Below are positions 29,963-38,783 of a stretch of 48,572 nt of DNA, one piece after another. The translations under genes and the position numbers were made by a program. The notes beneath the pieces were generated by a model. The model saw only the letters and a list, made by a program, of their open reading frames with translations, made no database searches and was not told the DNA's origin. Source of the DNA: a virus (Duplodnaviria > Heunggongvirae > Uroviricota > Caudoviricetes). Numbering within the stretch: the first letter of the stretch is position 1; the number at the start of each line of letters is the position of its first letter. Location of the stretch: the IMG/VR virus record IMGVR_UViG_2706794699_000012. One strand, written 5' to 3'.

Positions 29963-30391
29963 TCAGGGTTTAAAATCCAGCACCCCATTTTGAAATACTT
30001 TATATACTTCCGGCGAAGGGGGGGCAGGTATATCAGCATTCTTTATCGCATTCATCGCTTCACGACATAAATCGAGGTCTCCACTTTCTCTTTTAACCTC
30101 CAGTAGAAGGCCATTCGGGGCCATATGCATTCTCAGTGTACACTCTTTTCCTGAATACTTACTCGCATCCCCGAACTGTTTTTCGATGGCGCTCTTGATT
30201 TGATGGGCATACAGACGGATATCCTCACTAACATCAGAAGTACGTTCAGATGAACTCACATACTGTGTCTCTATTGCTTTATCGGAGTAATATGATGTAC
30301 GGTCATGATAATTTGTCGATACAGCATCAGTGCACCCGATAATAATCCCACTAATAATCAACGTAAGAATTGATGCGCTACGAAAACCCAT
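29963..30391 (-). CDS. lipoprotein with TolA domain-III-like C-terminus (paralogue 1)
   Basis: Signal peptide + lipobox IIGC; C-terminal YAHQIKSAIEKQFGDASKYSGKECTLRMHMAPNGLLLEVKRESGDLDLCREAMNAIKNADIPAPPSPEVYKVFQNGVLDFKP closely resembles the E. coli TolA C-terminus (...TCTLRIKLAPDGMLLDIKPEGGDPALCQAA...KNAPLDFKP, from memory); SD GAGG upstream. Confidence 0.75.
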   Translation of the reverse strand: MGFRSASILTLIISGIIIGCTDAVSTNYHDRTSYYSDKAIETQYVSSSERTSDVSEDIRLYAHQIKSAIEKQFGDASKYSGKECTLRMHMAPNGLLLEVKRESGDLDLCREAMNAIKNADIPAPPSPEVYKVFQNGVLDFKP

Positions 30392-30988
30392 TTTTCCTCA
30401 CATATGTCATATAGTAAAGGATTATATATACCGTTGTTTTGGACGCTCAAACAGCGAATCAGATCAAATAAAACGCACATTTGTTAACATTTACACAAAG
30501 TCTGCGTGGGATATTCTGAAAGAATATCCATAATGTGGAGAGAATCTATTGAAGTGCATGGTGCCGGGTGCCTCCCGGTGAACAAAATGTTCGTGATACC
30601 TGTCGGCGACAGAAAAGGTTAATGGTATCACCCCACCGCACAGGGGGATTCACCATGCAGGAGTTTTCTTAGCAAACTCACTGCGCGCCCGGCAACTCCC
30701 AACCACATAAAATGCGGAGTTTGTGGCATTTATGCATATAACTCGCAGGAATTATCTTAAAAAACTGATGTCGATCCGGATTAAAAAGAAGCAGGTCATC
30801 ATCAGATGACTGGAAAAAAGGAAAACAAAAAATACTCATCATACAGTTTTGATTGCAGGGATGAGCCTGCTATGCACAATATGCAGAATATAAGCAAGAT
30901 AAAAATATGCAGGCATATTATTTCGGATCTTGTTATTAACACAACCTTTTTAATAATCATTTGGCATACAATAAACCAGCCCAAAAAG

Positions 30989-31008
30989 AACCGCCTAAAC
31001 AGGCGGTT
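30989..31008 (-). terminator. hairpin + U-run in the post-Q leader
   Basis: Stem aaccgcc (30989-30995) / ggcggtt (31002-31008); minus-strand RNA is followed by CUUUUUGGG. Confidence 0.4.
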
Positions 31009-31325
31009 GGTCAATACAAAGGATGCTTCGTCTTTATTATAGTAATCTGAGGCGTCGGGTGTCTTGTATCAGACAACATATTGTCCCGCTAAACAGCGAA
31101 TTACAAACCACCCTGCAATGATCTCTCATCTCATTTTATATGAGTTGACGACATCAGGATAACGCATCATCAGCCCCTGCCAAGAAATATCAAAACTCCC
31201 GCCAGCAATGTGTTATCACAATATTGTAAAAAAAACACAGCACCGAAACTATAACTGGTCTCTGTTATAATTTGGAGCAGAAAGACCAGTTGCCCAACTA
31301 GCAGCATTCTCCCCTGCTTTCCTGA

Positions 31326-31358
31326 CGTAAAAAAACCGCATTAAGCGGTTTTTTTACG
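31326..31358. terminator. bidirectional A-tract/T-tract hairpin about 80 nt downstream of Q (tR-prime-like)
   Basis: cgtaaaaaaaccgc (31326-31339) - attaa - gcggtttttttacg (31345-31358); perfect 14-bp palindrome arms with T7 on both strands. Confidence 0.5.
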
Positions 31359-31435
31359 ATGTCCATGTCTGCAATCCGCCTCGCGATACAGCTTTGCGAA
31401 GCATAGCAAAATTGAAGCAGTTTATACGTAAGAAA

Positions 31436-31978
31436 TCAAGCCATTTTCTCAGCAAATGATTCACGCATGGGAATATATAGGGCATACTCAGCAACAGCTA
31501 ACCAATTAGCAATCCGTTTTTCGCATGTGCTAAAACACCACTCTGGGTGTGCATCATTTAGCAATTCAGCCATTTTGCGCTTAGTCATCCCCCGCCCTTC
31601 ATAGCGTTGCCGGAGAATGCAAATCAATCCTGGATGCTCTGCCAGCACCTCACTTATGACTCGATCAATACATAACGCCTCTGCATCAGTACAATGCGCC
31701 AGCCAGCTCTTTTGCTTGCCGTTGATCATCTCTCGCAAAAACGCTTCCAGCTCAGCTTTCTCTATTCCCGCTTTTTTCATTCTGCGCAGGGCTTCATTAA
31801 TGGCTGTTTTCGTCAGTTTTTTGGATGCCAACAACTGATTGAACATATTCCCTGACCTGCCACCGCCAATATACGACCAGCGCCCCCACATACGTAGTTT
31901 TCCCTGAATCCAGACACTTTCCAGCGTGGTGAGGCGAAGGTGTTCTCCGCTTTTTCCTGTATTCGTTGGGTAAATCAT
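31436..31978 (-). CDS. late-gene antiterminator Q-like protein
   Basis: Assigned mainly by position: last gene after DUF1364, immediately upstream of tR-prime-like hairpin and lysis cassette; 180 aa. Confidence 0.55.
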   Translation of the reverse strand: MIYPTNTGKSGEHLRLTTLESVWIQGKLRMWGRWSYIGGGRSGNMFNQLLASKKLTKTAINEALRRMKKAGIEKAELEAFLREMINGKQKSWLAHCTDAEALCIDRVISEVLAEHPGLICILRQRYEGRGMTKRKMAELLNDAHPEWCFSTCEKRIANWLAVAEYALYIPMRESFAEKMA

Positions 31979-32265
31979 AAATGACCTTTCTTTCTCCAGA
32001 TTTCTTGTGTGCGAAAAACCCCTTCAGCATGCATCAGGCGCAATTCTTCTTTGGTGTAATCGCTGGTTTTTACCCGCCCGTCGATTAGATCGTGGCATGA
32101 GCTACAGGCTATCGCCGCCTGCATATCATGTGGTTTTGTCGCTGTTCCGCACGTCCCCGCCAGCCTGTAATGCGCCAGCACAGAGGTTTCGGGATTGTGA
32201 TTGCAGTAGCCAGGGATTCTGATCTGGCACATCTGGCCTTTAGCCGCTTTACGTAAATTCACCAT
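31975..32265 (-). CDS. nin-region protein, DUF1364-like (YbcO-like, Cys/His-rich)
   Basis: 96 aa with CxxC...CSSCHD pattern; position upstream of Q as in DLP12-type nin regions. Confidence 0.55.
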   Translation of the reverse strand: MVNLRKAAKGQMCQIRIPGYCNHNPETSVLAHYRLAGTCGTATKPHDMQAAIACSSCHDLIDGRVKTSDYTKEELRLMHAEGVFRTQEIWRKKGHL

Positions 32266-32864
32266 TACGCAAACTCCAGTAGTTGTGCGGCCACATTTTC
32301 AACTTCCTCCTGAGAGGAGAATTTACGGAACAGAATCCAGTTCCACAGCACATTCAGTACAGATTTATAAACCTGCTGAAACTCGACTTCGTCCATATTC
32401 GCAAAAGCGATGGATTTTGCCCGACGCCCACGGCTACCGTCCGGATAAATATGCTCGGTGTAAAATCCGGCCTGAATGGTTACCCACTCGCGGAAAGCCT
32501 CAAACGACTTTAGCAACGCCGTATCCCGGGTTCTACGAGTCGCAACGGTGTTAAGGTATTGCTCTGCGGCATCACTCAGGGCTGGCGTGTGTTCCCGACC
32601 AACTGATTCGCACAGGTAATCAACGAAACCAGACAGCAGTTCTCGTTCGCGAGGCGTGATCGCCCCACCGACCGGAGTCCAGTAATCGAATCCCAGTTGC
32701 AGGAGTTTGAAAAAACGCTTGTGGAATGCGTAGTTACGCACACGCTTAAAGTCTGCGTGTATCCACTCACCTATTTTGATTTGATGCAGAAAATCGCAAC
32801 TCTCCGGCGTCGCCGGGAGAAGTAAACCAGAAGAGGTTTGTTTGACCAGTTGTATATGCGCCAT
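32265..32864 (-). CDS. nin-region protein, DUF1367-like (YbcN-like)
   Basis: 199-aa ORF, start/stop overlap with next gene; position as in DLP12-type nin regions. Confidence 0.5.
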   Translation of the reverse strand: MAHIQLVKQTSSGLLLPATPESCDFLHQIKIGEWIHADFKRVRNYAFHKRFFKLLQLGFDYWTPVGGAITPRERELLSGFVDYLCESVGREHTPALSDAAEQYLNTVATRRTRDTALLKSFEAFREWVTIQAGFYTEHIYPDGSRGRRAKSIAFANMDEVEFQQVYKSVLNVLWNWILFRKFSSQEEVENVAAQLLEFA

Positions 32865-33145
32865 TTCTCAATCTCTCGATGGCGCAGCGCAGCAGATGCC
32901 AGTTGTTCAGGCTGACGAATAAAGTATAAATAAACTGGCTATGGTGTAAAGCCCCACATAGCATGAACAAACACTACATATCAAATAGCTGGTACAAGGA
33001 TAGAAATACGACACTTATTATTAAAAACGATTAGATAAATTACATTTTAATGTTATGCAAAAGTTCTTTTTTATCATAACATTTCAATAAAAGCATTACA
33101 GATGCAATCATCCCGTCATCATCAATTATTTAAGGTGGTTAAACA

Positions 33146-33232
33146 TGGAAAATAACAAGTTCGCACATCTCGCTCCTTTTTTATCCGTAATCCTTTTCGC
33201 TTGTTGTTTTATATGGGCATTATTTTTATAAA
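33146..33232 (+). CDS. candidate small hydrophobic peptide (28 aa)
   Basis: ATG at 33146 preceded by AGGTGG at 6-nt spacing; MENNKFAHLAPFLSVILFACCFIWALFL; lies in a very AT-rich spacer. Confidence 0.3.
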
Positions 33233-33677
33233 GTAGCCACATGATAAGTTGCTGGAATCATATTTCCCACTCAAGTCATTAACATTTGATAAGATATATC
33301 TAAAAGGACGCCTTTACATTATTTATGCGTATATAATTTATTTATATACACAGTAAAGGTATCCTGGGAAAATATTTATCGTTAAAAAATACATCATAAA
33401 TAATTAAGCTGAAATTTCAGAACACAACTAATACACACAATAAGGTTCAGTAACAGTAATCTATGTGGACTACATCGAGATTTTTTGATTAAACTTTAAT
33501 AACTTATTCCTAACACACAGAATGCATAAACTAAAAGTAAAACAAATAGTTATACGAAAAACAACCATATTTATTCTATCTTCTCCTCTAATCAACATAT
33601 CAATTATGTGTTTCATAACAGCTTGACATAACCCTCCAAAAGATGCATTTTTAATGCATGTTTTGGAGGAGGTGGTT

Positions 33678-34016
33678 ATGACACACAAGAGAATTCCTAA
33701 AGATTGGGTAATCAAACGCTCAACTCCGTTCTTCACAAAAGAGAACGTACCTTCAGCGTTATTAACACATCATAATACAGCAGCAGGTGTTTTTGGGCAG
33801 TTGTGCGTAATGGAAGGCACTGTAACATATTATGGTTTTACTGATGAGAATGCTACTGAACCGGAGATAAAAGTAGTCATTAATGCTGGCGCTTTTGCAA
33901 CAAGCCCACCACAATACTGGCACCGTGTTGAACTAAGCGATGATGCTCAGTTTAATATTAACTTTTGGGTCGCTCCAGACTTTTCGGGCGAAAAAGTCTA
34001 TAGCACCAAAAAATAG
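33678..34016 (+). CDS. YeaR-like protein (DUF1971 family), plus-strand cargo gene
   Basis: ATG at 33678 preceded by GGAGGAGGTGG; ...KRSTPFFTKE...QLCVMEGTVTYYGFTDE...FNINFWVAPDF resembles E. coli YeaR as recalled; opposite strand to all neighbours. Confidence 0.7.
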   Translation: MTHKRIPKDWVIKRSTPFFTKENVPSALLTHHNTAAGVFGQLCVMEGTVTYYGFTDENATEPEIKVVINAGAFATSPPQYWHRVELSDDAQFNINFWVAPDFSGEKVYSTKK

Positions 34017-34045
34017 ATGATCATATTAAAAATGCTTTAACAGTC

Positions 34046-34082
34046 AGACCCGGCAGGGCTATCCCCGACGGGTCTCATTTTT
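34046..34082 (+). terminator. rho-independent terminator after the YeaR-like gene
   Basis: Stem agacccg (34046-34052) / cgggtct (34069-34075) followed by cattttt. Confidence 0.6.
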
Positions 34083-34636
34083 GTAAATATATTGGTTCTA
34101 CATTGACAGGAGACTTCAACCATAAGAAGTAATCTGAATACTTGAGCAATAAATTTACTTAAGATTAATGAGCGCACCTTGCCGGACAAAGATAAACCAA
34201 GGTAACACCTTTTTTCTAGCCAGTATGTAATCAATCAGAAAGCCGCTCCATAAGAACAACAGCAAGACAATAAATTGCCATTACAGCCGCAATAGCCAGC
34301 GCACATTTGAGAACCAGCACGACAACCCCCTGTATTAGACGCACACCAGTCCTGATAAATATGAGGCTGTCTCGTCAGTGATTCAATACAACTATTGGGT
34401 ATAGTTTCTGTGATTTTATTCTGTAGAAATGGAACACAACAACCAGTCACCACCAGCACTTCCTTAAATGCTCTAAGTCAGAAACAAGCCAACATTTTAG
34501 TCCGCTTTGAGCGATCTGCAGACATTGCTAGCAGCCTTCTGTGTGAATTCTCAGGGAGCAGGTCGGCATAGCATCACGTTGAGGCTCTTACCCTACTTGT
34601 TCACACCAACCCTAACTCCACAGACTGATTCATAAA

Positions 34637-35638
34637 TTAGTAATCTGCGTGTTTCGCACTTTTCAGAAATGCTTTCATATTTTCATTAGGTCGCTCAATT
34701 TCGAAGTTACTTCCATATAACTCTTGTAATTTTGGCCATAACTTACTTAATAACCCTCTCCTGCGATAAAATGGATGTATCCAAACGGTAGATAGGTACG
34801 GAGAATTTGCATTTGAATTGTTTATTGTGACCAGCCCAACTAAACATTGTCGATAACCACTATTATCCATTGATTGTATTTCTTCGACGAATGGATACGC
34901 GATTACATCAGTCCAACCATGATCGGTTGTATCCCATTGCATTCCGTCATGACATTCCTTCGACTGATAGCGGCGTAAAGCTACACACGCGAGCTTTTGC
35001 CAATCTGGAGAATTAATTGTGATCTCTTCATCGTATGACGCGCCTATTGGAGCGGGTATTGGTCTGATTAATCCAGCATGGCATTCATCATAGAACTTCA
35101 TGTTTCCCTCAGAAACGTTGTGTACGTTGGGTTGCTCCATGTGTGCGCCATTCAAAAATAGCTCTGATAGTAGTGTATCTACACTGTAATCTTTATTGAT
35201 TATTGTCGGCTTAGAGTTTTTCTTATTAAGGCCGCGAGTAACGATTTTTTGATCAATGTTAACAACATGGAATAATCCGTCGGGGAGGCTAGCGAACCAC
35301 GATGGGGCATCGGACCAGAATAGCATGCCTTTTGTACTTCTTAAGAGTTTAATTAAGTTAATACAAGCTTCTTCACTAGTCTTGCCGTTGATGCGAAGTA
35401 TGTTAGGACTAAAGTAATATTCATCCATATCAGGGAATGCAGCTTCGCAAAACTCCTGTACATAATTTAGCACCTGGATTCTACAGAGATCATCATAGCT
35501 GGTAATAACTAAGGGGGTATCTTCATTACTATTATGATTATCAATAATGCAATCTATAGCGAGACTTACTGCTTTGCGTATCACTTCAGTTGAATCTAAC
35601 GACTCTAAAAATTTTGTCTTTCGTGTGCGAATATCCAT
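34637..35638 (-). CDS. uncharacterised protein B of an AT-rich two-gene accessory operon (possible GNAT-like C-terminus)
   Basis: 333-aa ORF, 15-nt spacing after gene A; AT-rich; C-terminal ...CLVGLVTI...STVWIHPFYRRRGLLSKLWPKLQELYG loosely resembles an acetyltransferase pyrophosphate-binding loop. Confidence 0.7.
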   Translation of the reverse strand: MDIRTRKTKFLESLDSTEVIRKAVSLAIDCIIDNHNSNEDTPLVITSYDDLCRIQVLNYVQEFCEAAFPDMDEYYFSPNILRINGKTSEEACINLIKLLRSTKGMLFWSDAPSWFASLPDGLFHVVNIDQKIVTRGLNKKNSKPTIINKDYSVDTLLSELFLNGAHMEQPNVHNVSEGNMKFYDECHAGLIRPIPAPIGASYDEEITINSPDWQKLACVALRRYQSKECHDGMQWDTTDHGWTDVIAYPFVEEIQSMDNSGYRQCLVGLVTINNSNANSPYLSTVWIHPFYRRRGLLSKLWPKLQELYGSNFEIERPNENMKAFLKSAKHADY

Positions 35639-35653
35639 GTATGACCTGCGCTA

Positions 35654-36676
35654 TTAAAATTCATGAATGAACGGTTTGTCATCTGGTTGCAAAATGGTGG
35701 TTTTATTCGTTGCTACATTTAAACTGTTGTAGAGCATAATTGCCAGGTTCGATGCATTTTCAATCAGCGTTTCAAGATCCTGGTCTGTAATCACTACGAG
35801 GTTCCCTTCTTTATCCTTTCCACCACGATGCACTAAGTGATTTCGATTGAGGGTTGCCAATTCAATAGCTTCTATCGGACAGTCTTTTTGTACTTTTATA
35901 TCGAATGTAGCTTCATAGCGGTCGATTACCTTTTTAGTGCTATGCCAGCTTGCACTGATCAAGTGTTCCTTGATTGACCTGATTAGCTCTCCCCTAATTT
36001 TCTCGATGGGTTCACCCTTGAAAGGCAACGCAGCAATATCTTTGCTTACTTTAAATTCAGTCTTACCTTTTTCTATACAATTGGCTATGTAGACATCATC
36101 TTTCTCTATAGAATTAATGAATAGCTCAACATAAAGCGTTTCCAAAGCTGTAATAACATTCGTGTAGAGCAAACTAAGCAAGTGGTTTTTTTGCTGTTGT
36201 TCAGTTTTATCTTTTGCAAGTTTTTTTATTTTATCGATATTATCAATGAATTTTAAATACGGATTACCGGAAGACGTTACAGCGTCGTAGATATCATCAT
36301 CGTACCAATCATCTATATTATTTGAGTTTCCAGACCAGTCAAAACATTGTGTTTGTAATTCATCTACTAATTCCTCAATATACTCAGATTTAACATATTG
36401 ACCGAAGATGGATTGTAGTTCTTCGCTCGCATCATACGGCCCGCCATATATGTAAGCATAGCCACCTTCTCTACTTTCATACGGACAAGCATTTGCCGGA
36501 TCTTCAAAGTTTTCAAAGAACCAGTTTTTCATTACTTCGAGTTGATCTTTTTTGCTTATGTATTTTAAAGATTTTAGTGGAACTTTCTTTCCATTAACCT
36601 CGAAAACAATTTTCACGATGTAACGCTCCCTTGTATCAATTGCGCAACTATTATACCACAGCGAAATACAGGGCAT
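35654..36676 (-). CDS. uncharacterised protein A of the AT-rich two-gene accessory operon (R-x4-H, HEPN-like motif)
   Basis: ATG at 36676 preceded by AAGGAGG; alternative GTG at 36616 (AGGGAG upstream); track ORF extends to 36745; C-terminal LNRNHLVHRGG motif at residues 301-306 of the track ORF. Confidence 0.7.
   Translation of the reverse strand: MPCISLWYNSCAIDTRERYIVKIVFEVNGKKVPLKSLKYISKKDQLEVMKNWFFENFEDPANACPYESREGGYAYIYGGPYDASEELQSIFGQYVKSEYIEELVDELQTQCFDWSGNSNNIDDWYDDDIYDAVTSSGNPYLKFIDNIDKIKKLAKDKTEQQQKNHLLSLLYTNVITALETLYVELFINSIEKDDVYIANCIEKGKTEFKVSKDIAALPFKGEPIEKIRGELIRSIKEHLISASWHSTKKVIDRYEATFDIKVQKDCPIEAIELATLNRNHLVHRGGKDKEGNLVVITDQDLETLIENASNLAIMLYNSLNVATNKTTILQPDDKPFIHEF
36650..36658 (-). 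promoter_or_regulatory. extended -10 element TGgTATAAT upstream of the alternative GTG start of gene A
   Basis: Plus-strand attata at 36650-36655 and cca at 36656-58 give minus-strand TGgTATAAT; no good -35. Confidence 0.35.
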
Positions 36677-36814
36677 AACCTGCCTCCTTAAACTAACATA
36701 CCATGAGCCAGCAATGTCCGCTATTGGCACAAAGCGGACAACCACGCTAGCTCTCCCCTGTGCCAGAAAAATGTCAATTTACATATGAACTAATGCTCTT
36801 TGATCTAGTAACGT

Positions 36815-37231
36815 CTATAAATACCGAAGATTTCCTTGATAAAATGCCAGTACACGTTTCATAACTTCACTCTTCCGGCACTCGCGACAGATTATGTTCT
36901 GACGCCTGTCATAGCGGCGTATTTCTCCGTCTGGTAATGACCAGATAAGGTCAGGATCAACCACAACCGTTTTTTTCACCTTTGCCCTGGATAGTTTTTT
37001 GCGGGCGTTTTTCCAATCCTTACGAGCCTGTTCAGACGGGAATAACCCATAGCCAGAGTTGTATACATCGCCACTGGCAACCAACTCTCTGGCAAGAATG
37101 CTCATCAGATATCTTGTCGCACCTGTCTTGGCCTCCAGTTGCCTTAACGTCTCGCGCCCACTCTGGCGTACCAACTCAACAACCTGCTCCTTAATTTTTT
37201 CACGCTCTTCCTGTGTAAAAACTTTTGCCAT
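36815..37231 (-). CDS. hypothetical protein
   Basis: Start MAKVFTQEEREK... preceded by GGAGG; basic C-terminus with Cys pair (CRECRK). Confidence 0.5.
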   Translation of the reverse strand: MAKVFTQEEREKIKEQVVELVRQSGRETLRQLEAKTGATRYLMSILARELVASGDVYNSGYGLFPSEQARKDWKNARKKLSRAKVKKTVVVDPDLIWSLPDGEIRRYDRRQNIICRECRKSEVMKRVLAFYQGNLRYL

Positions 37232-37246
37232 AAGCGCCTCCGGCAA

Positions 37247-38008
37247 TCACTTTTCCGACACAATACGACTGGAGGAATCGACAATCTGTCGGACAATATC
37301 CCGGTGCTTGTTCAGCTCCCGCAGCGCGGCGCAGACTCGCTCCCACTTCTGGACATGATTTTTCGCCCGACGCAGTTCGCGGTTTGCCATATGCAGCGAT
37401 GGTAAAACTAGGTCATCCGCTTGCGTTTCAGTAAACGATGGCAGCGACTGCACAATGTCCGCCACAGTTTCTGTTTTAATATCTTCCTGTGTTGCCGCTT
37501 CCTGTACTGGTAACGCAACACCGGCTGGCTGAGGAAAGGCTTTACCATCAGTTTCCGCTACCGATGCAGCTTTCGGCTCTGCTGGTAAATTATCGCCCGG
37601 CATGCAGTAACGAAATTTACTGTTCTGGTTTACGCGAATCAGGCGTCCTTTGCTGATTGCCATTGCCAGCGTTGAAGCAACTTTGCGGGATGTTGTACCG
37701 AACAGCGTAGCCAGTTCATCCGCCGTTTGTGGTCCGCGTTGTTCAATCGTCGCGGTTAAATCGCACTCTGAGATTTTCACTACAGTTGCCGTGGTGGTTT
37801 CTTCCGGCAGTTCTGCCTGCATTGGCTGTTCCTGCTGAACGTTGTTATCAGCCACACGCCAGGTGTACGCGCTTTTATCAACGAAACCAGCTTTTTTCAG
37901 TTCCCATAGTTCGTTCAGCACTTCTTCACGACTGATATCAAGTCGCGCAGCAAGTTCTATGGATGTGGCTTTTCCCATTGCTTTCAGTGCGTCAAAAACA
38001 GTCTCCAT
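37247..38008 (-). CDS. DUF1627-like protein (YdaW-like, winged-helix N-terminus)
   Basis: Start [13 protein letters not shown] preceded by GGGAGGAAA; occupies the position downstream of the DnaC-like gene. Confidence 0.55.
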   Translation of the reverse strand: METVFDALKAMGKATSIELAARLDISREEVLNELWELKKAGFVDKSAYTWRVADNNVQQEQPMQAELPEETTTATVVKISECDLTATIEQRGPQTADELATLFGTTSRKVASTLAMAISKGRLIRVNQNSKFRYCMPGDNLPAEPKAASVAETDGKAFPQPAGVALPVQEAATQEDIKTETVADIVQSLPSFTETQADDLVLPSLHMANRELRRAKNHVQKWERVCAALRELNKHRDIVRQIVDSSSRIVSEK

Positions 38009-38030
38009 AAAAATTTCCTCCCGGTAAAAA

Positions 38031-38777
38031 TTACTTCTCAATTCCTGGCTGGACGACATTCGGACGCCAGCTCTCCCAGTTAAAATTCACCCATCGCCCG
38101 CCGTTCATGGTCATGCGATCCATAATCCGCTCGCCGAGCAATGTTTTCATGGCCTCATAGTTCAGGTTTGTCAGCATCCCCACGCTGCGCATCGACGCTG
38201 TCCGGCGATCAACAATCTGGTGCAGCACCACCTGCTCGTTTTTCGTCTCGCGCTGAATGCCAATTTCATCAAGAACCAGCAGATCCACTTCGCATAGTTC
38301 CCGCAAAAATTTTTCGCCTGACTGCCCATCGTCATAGCTGGCGTGCAGGGCACTCATAACATCAGCCACGGTAACCACAATCACTGTCTGACCGTCTTTC
38401 AGCAGGCGATTCCCGATAGCTGCCGCTAAGTGGTTCTTCCCGGTACCAGGTTTTCCGCTGAACGCAAAATTTGTACACCCGGTCATCAGTTCATCAGCGA
38501 TGGATTTCGCCTGACTCAACGCGTATCGCTGCGCTTCGTTCTGCACCTGGTAATTCGAAAACGAGCATTTGCGGTGCAATGGCTGGATGCCAGAGCGATT
38601 CAGAATTTTTTCCACCCGCAACTGACGATTCTGACGGTTGATCTCCTCACAACGTTTCTGGCCTTCGGAAAGTTGCCACTCGCGCCACTCCGCTACCGTC
38701 TTGAATGGCGCGGTTACATGTGACGGGGCCAGTCTGCGGATACGTTCAAGAACGTCGCCTGTCGCAATATTTTTCAT
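38031..38777 (-). CDS. ydaV: DnaC-like replicative helicase loader (IstB-like ATPase)
   Basis: Walker [10 protein letters not shown] and Walker [10 protein letters not shown]; 248 aa. Confidence 0.85.
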   Translation of the reverse strand: MKNIATGDVLERIRRLAPSHVTAPFKTVAEWREWQLSEGQKRCEEINRQNRQLRVEKILNRSGIQPLHRKCSFSNYQVQNEAQRYALSQAKSIADELMTGCTNFAFSGKPGTGKNHLAAAIGNRLLKDGQTVIVVTVADVMSALHASYDDGQSGEKFLRELCEVDLLVLDEIGIQRETKNEQVVLHQIVDRRTASMRSVGMLTNLNYEAMKTLLGERIMDRMTMNGGRWVNFNWESWRPNVVQPGIEK

Positions 38778-38783
38778 GGTCAG

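Noticed and set aside
30802-31042. Hydrophobic 70-aa ORF (30802..31014 -) and antisense 78-aa ORF in the post-Q leader
   Set aside because: No SD, AT-rich sequence gives hydrophobic translations by chance, and the pair overlap each other.
31001-31320. 51-aa minus-strand ORF (MLLVGQLVFLLQIITETSYSFGAVFF...) between the two post-Q hairpins
   Set aside because: The GGGGAG motif lies only 1 nt from the ATG, and the region is better explained as the late promoter/leader.
34037-34459. Cys-rich 74-aa ORF (34235..34459) and adjacent 65-aa ORF as a possible bacteriocin/microcin-like peptide
   Set aside because: GTG start has an AGGA directly abutting it (no spacer), no signal peptide or leader motif, and the second ORF overlaps the YeaR-like terminator; more likely non-coding 3' flank of the island.
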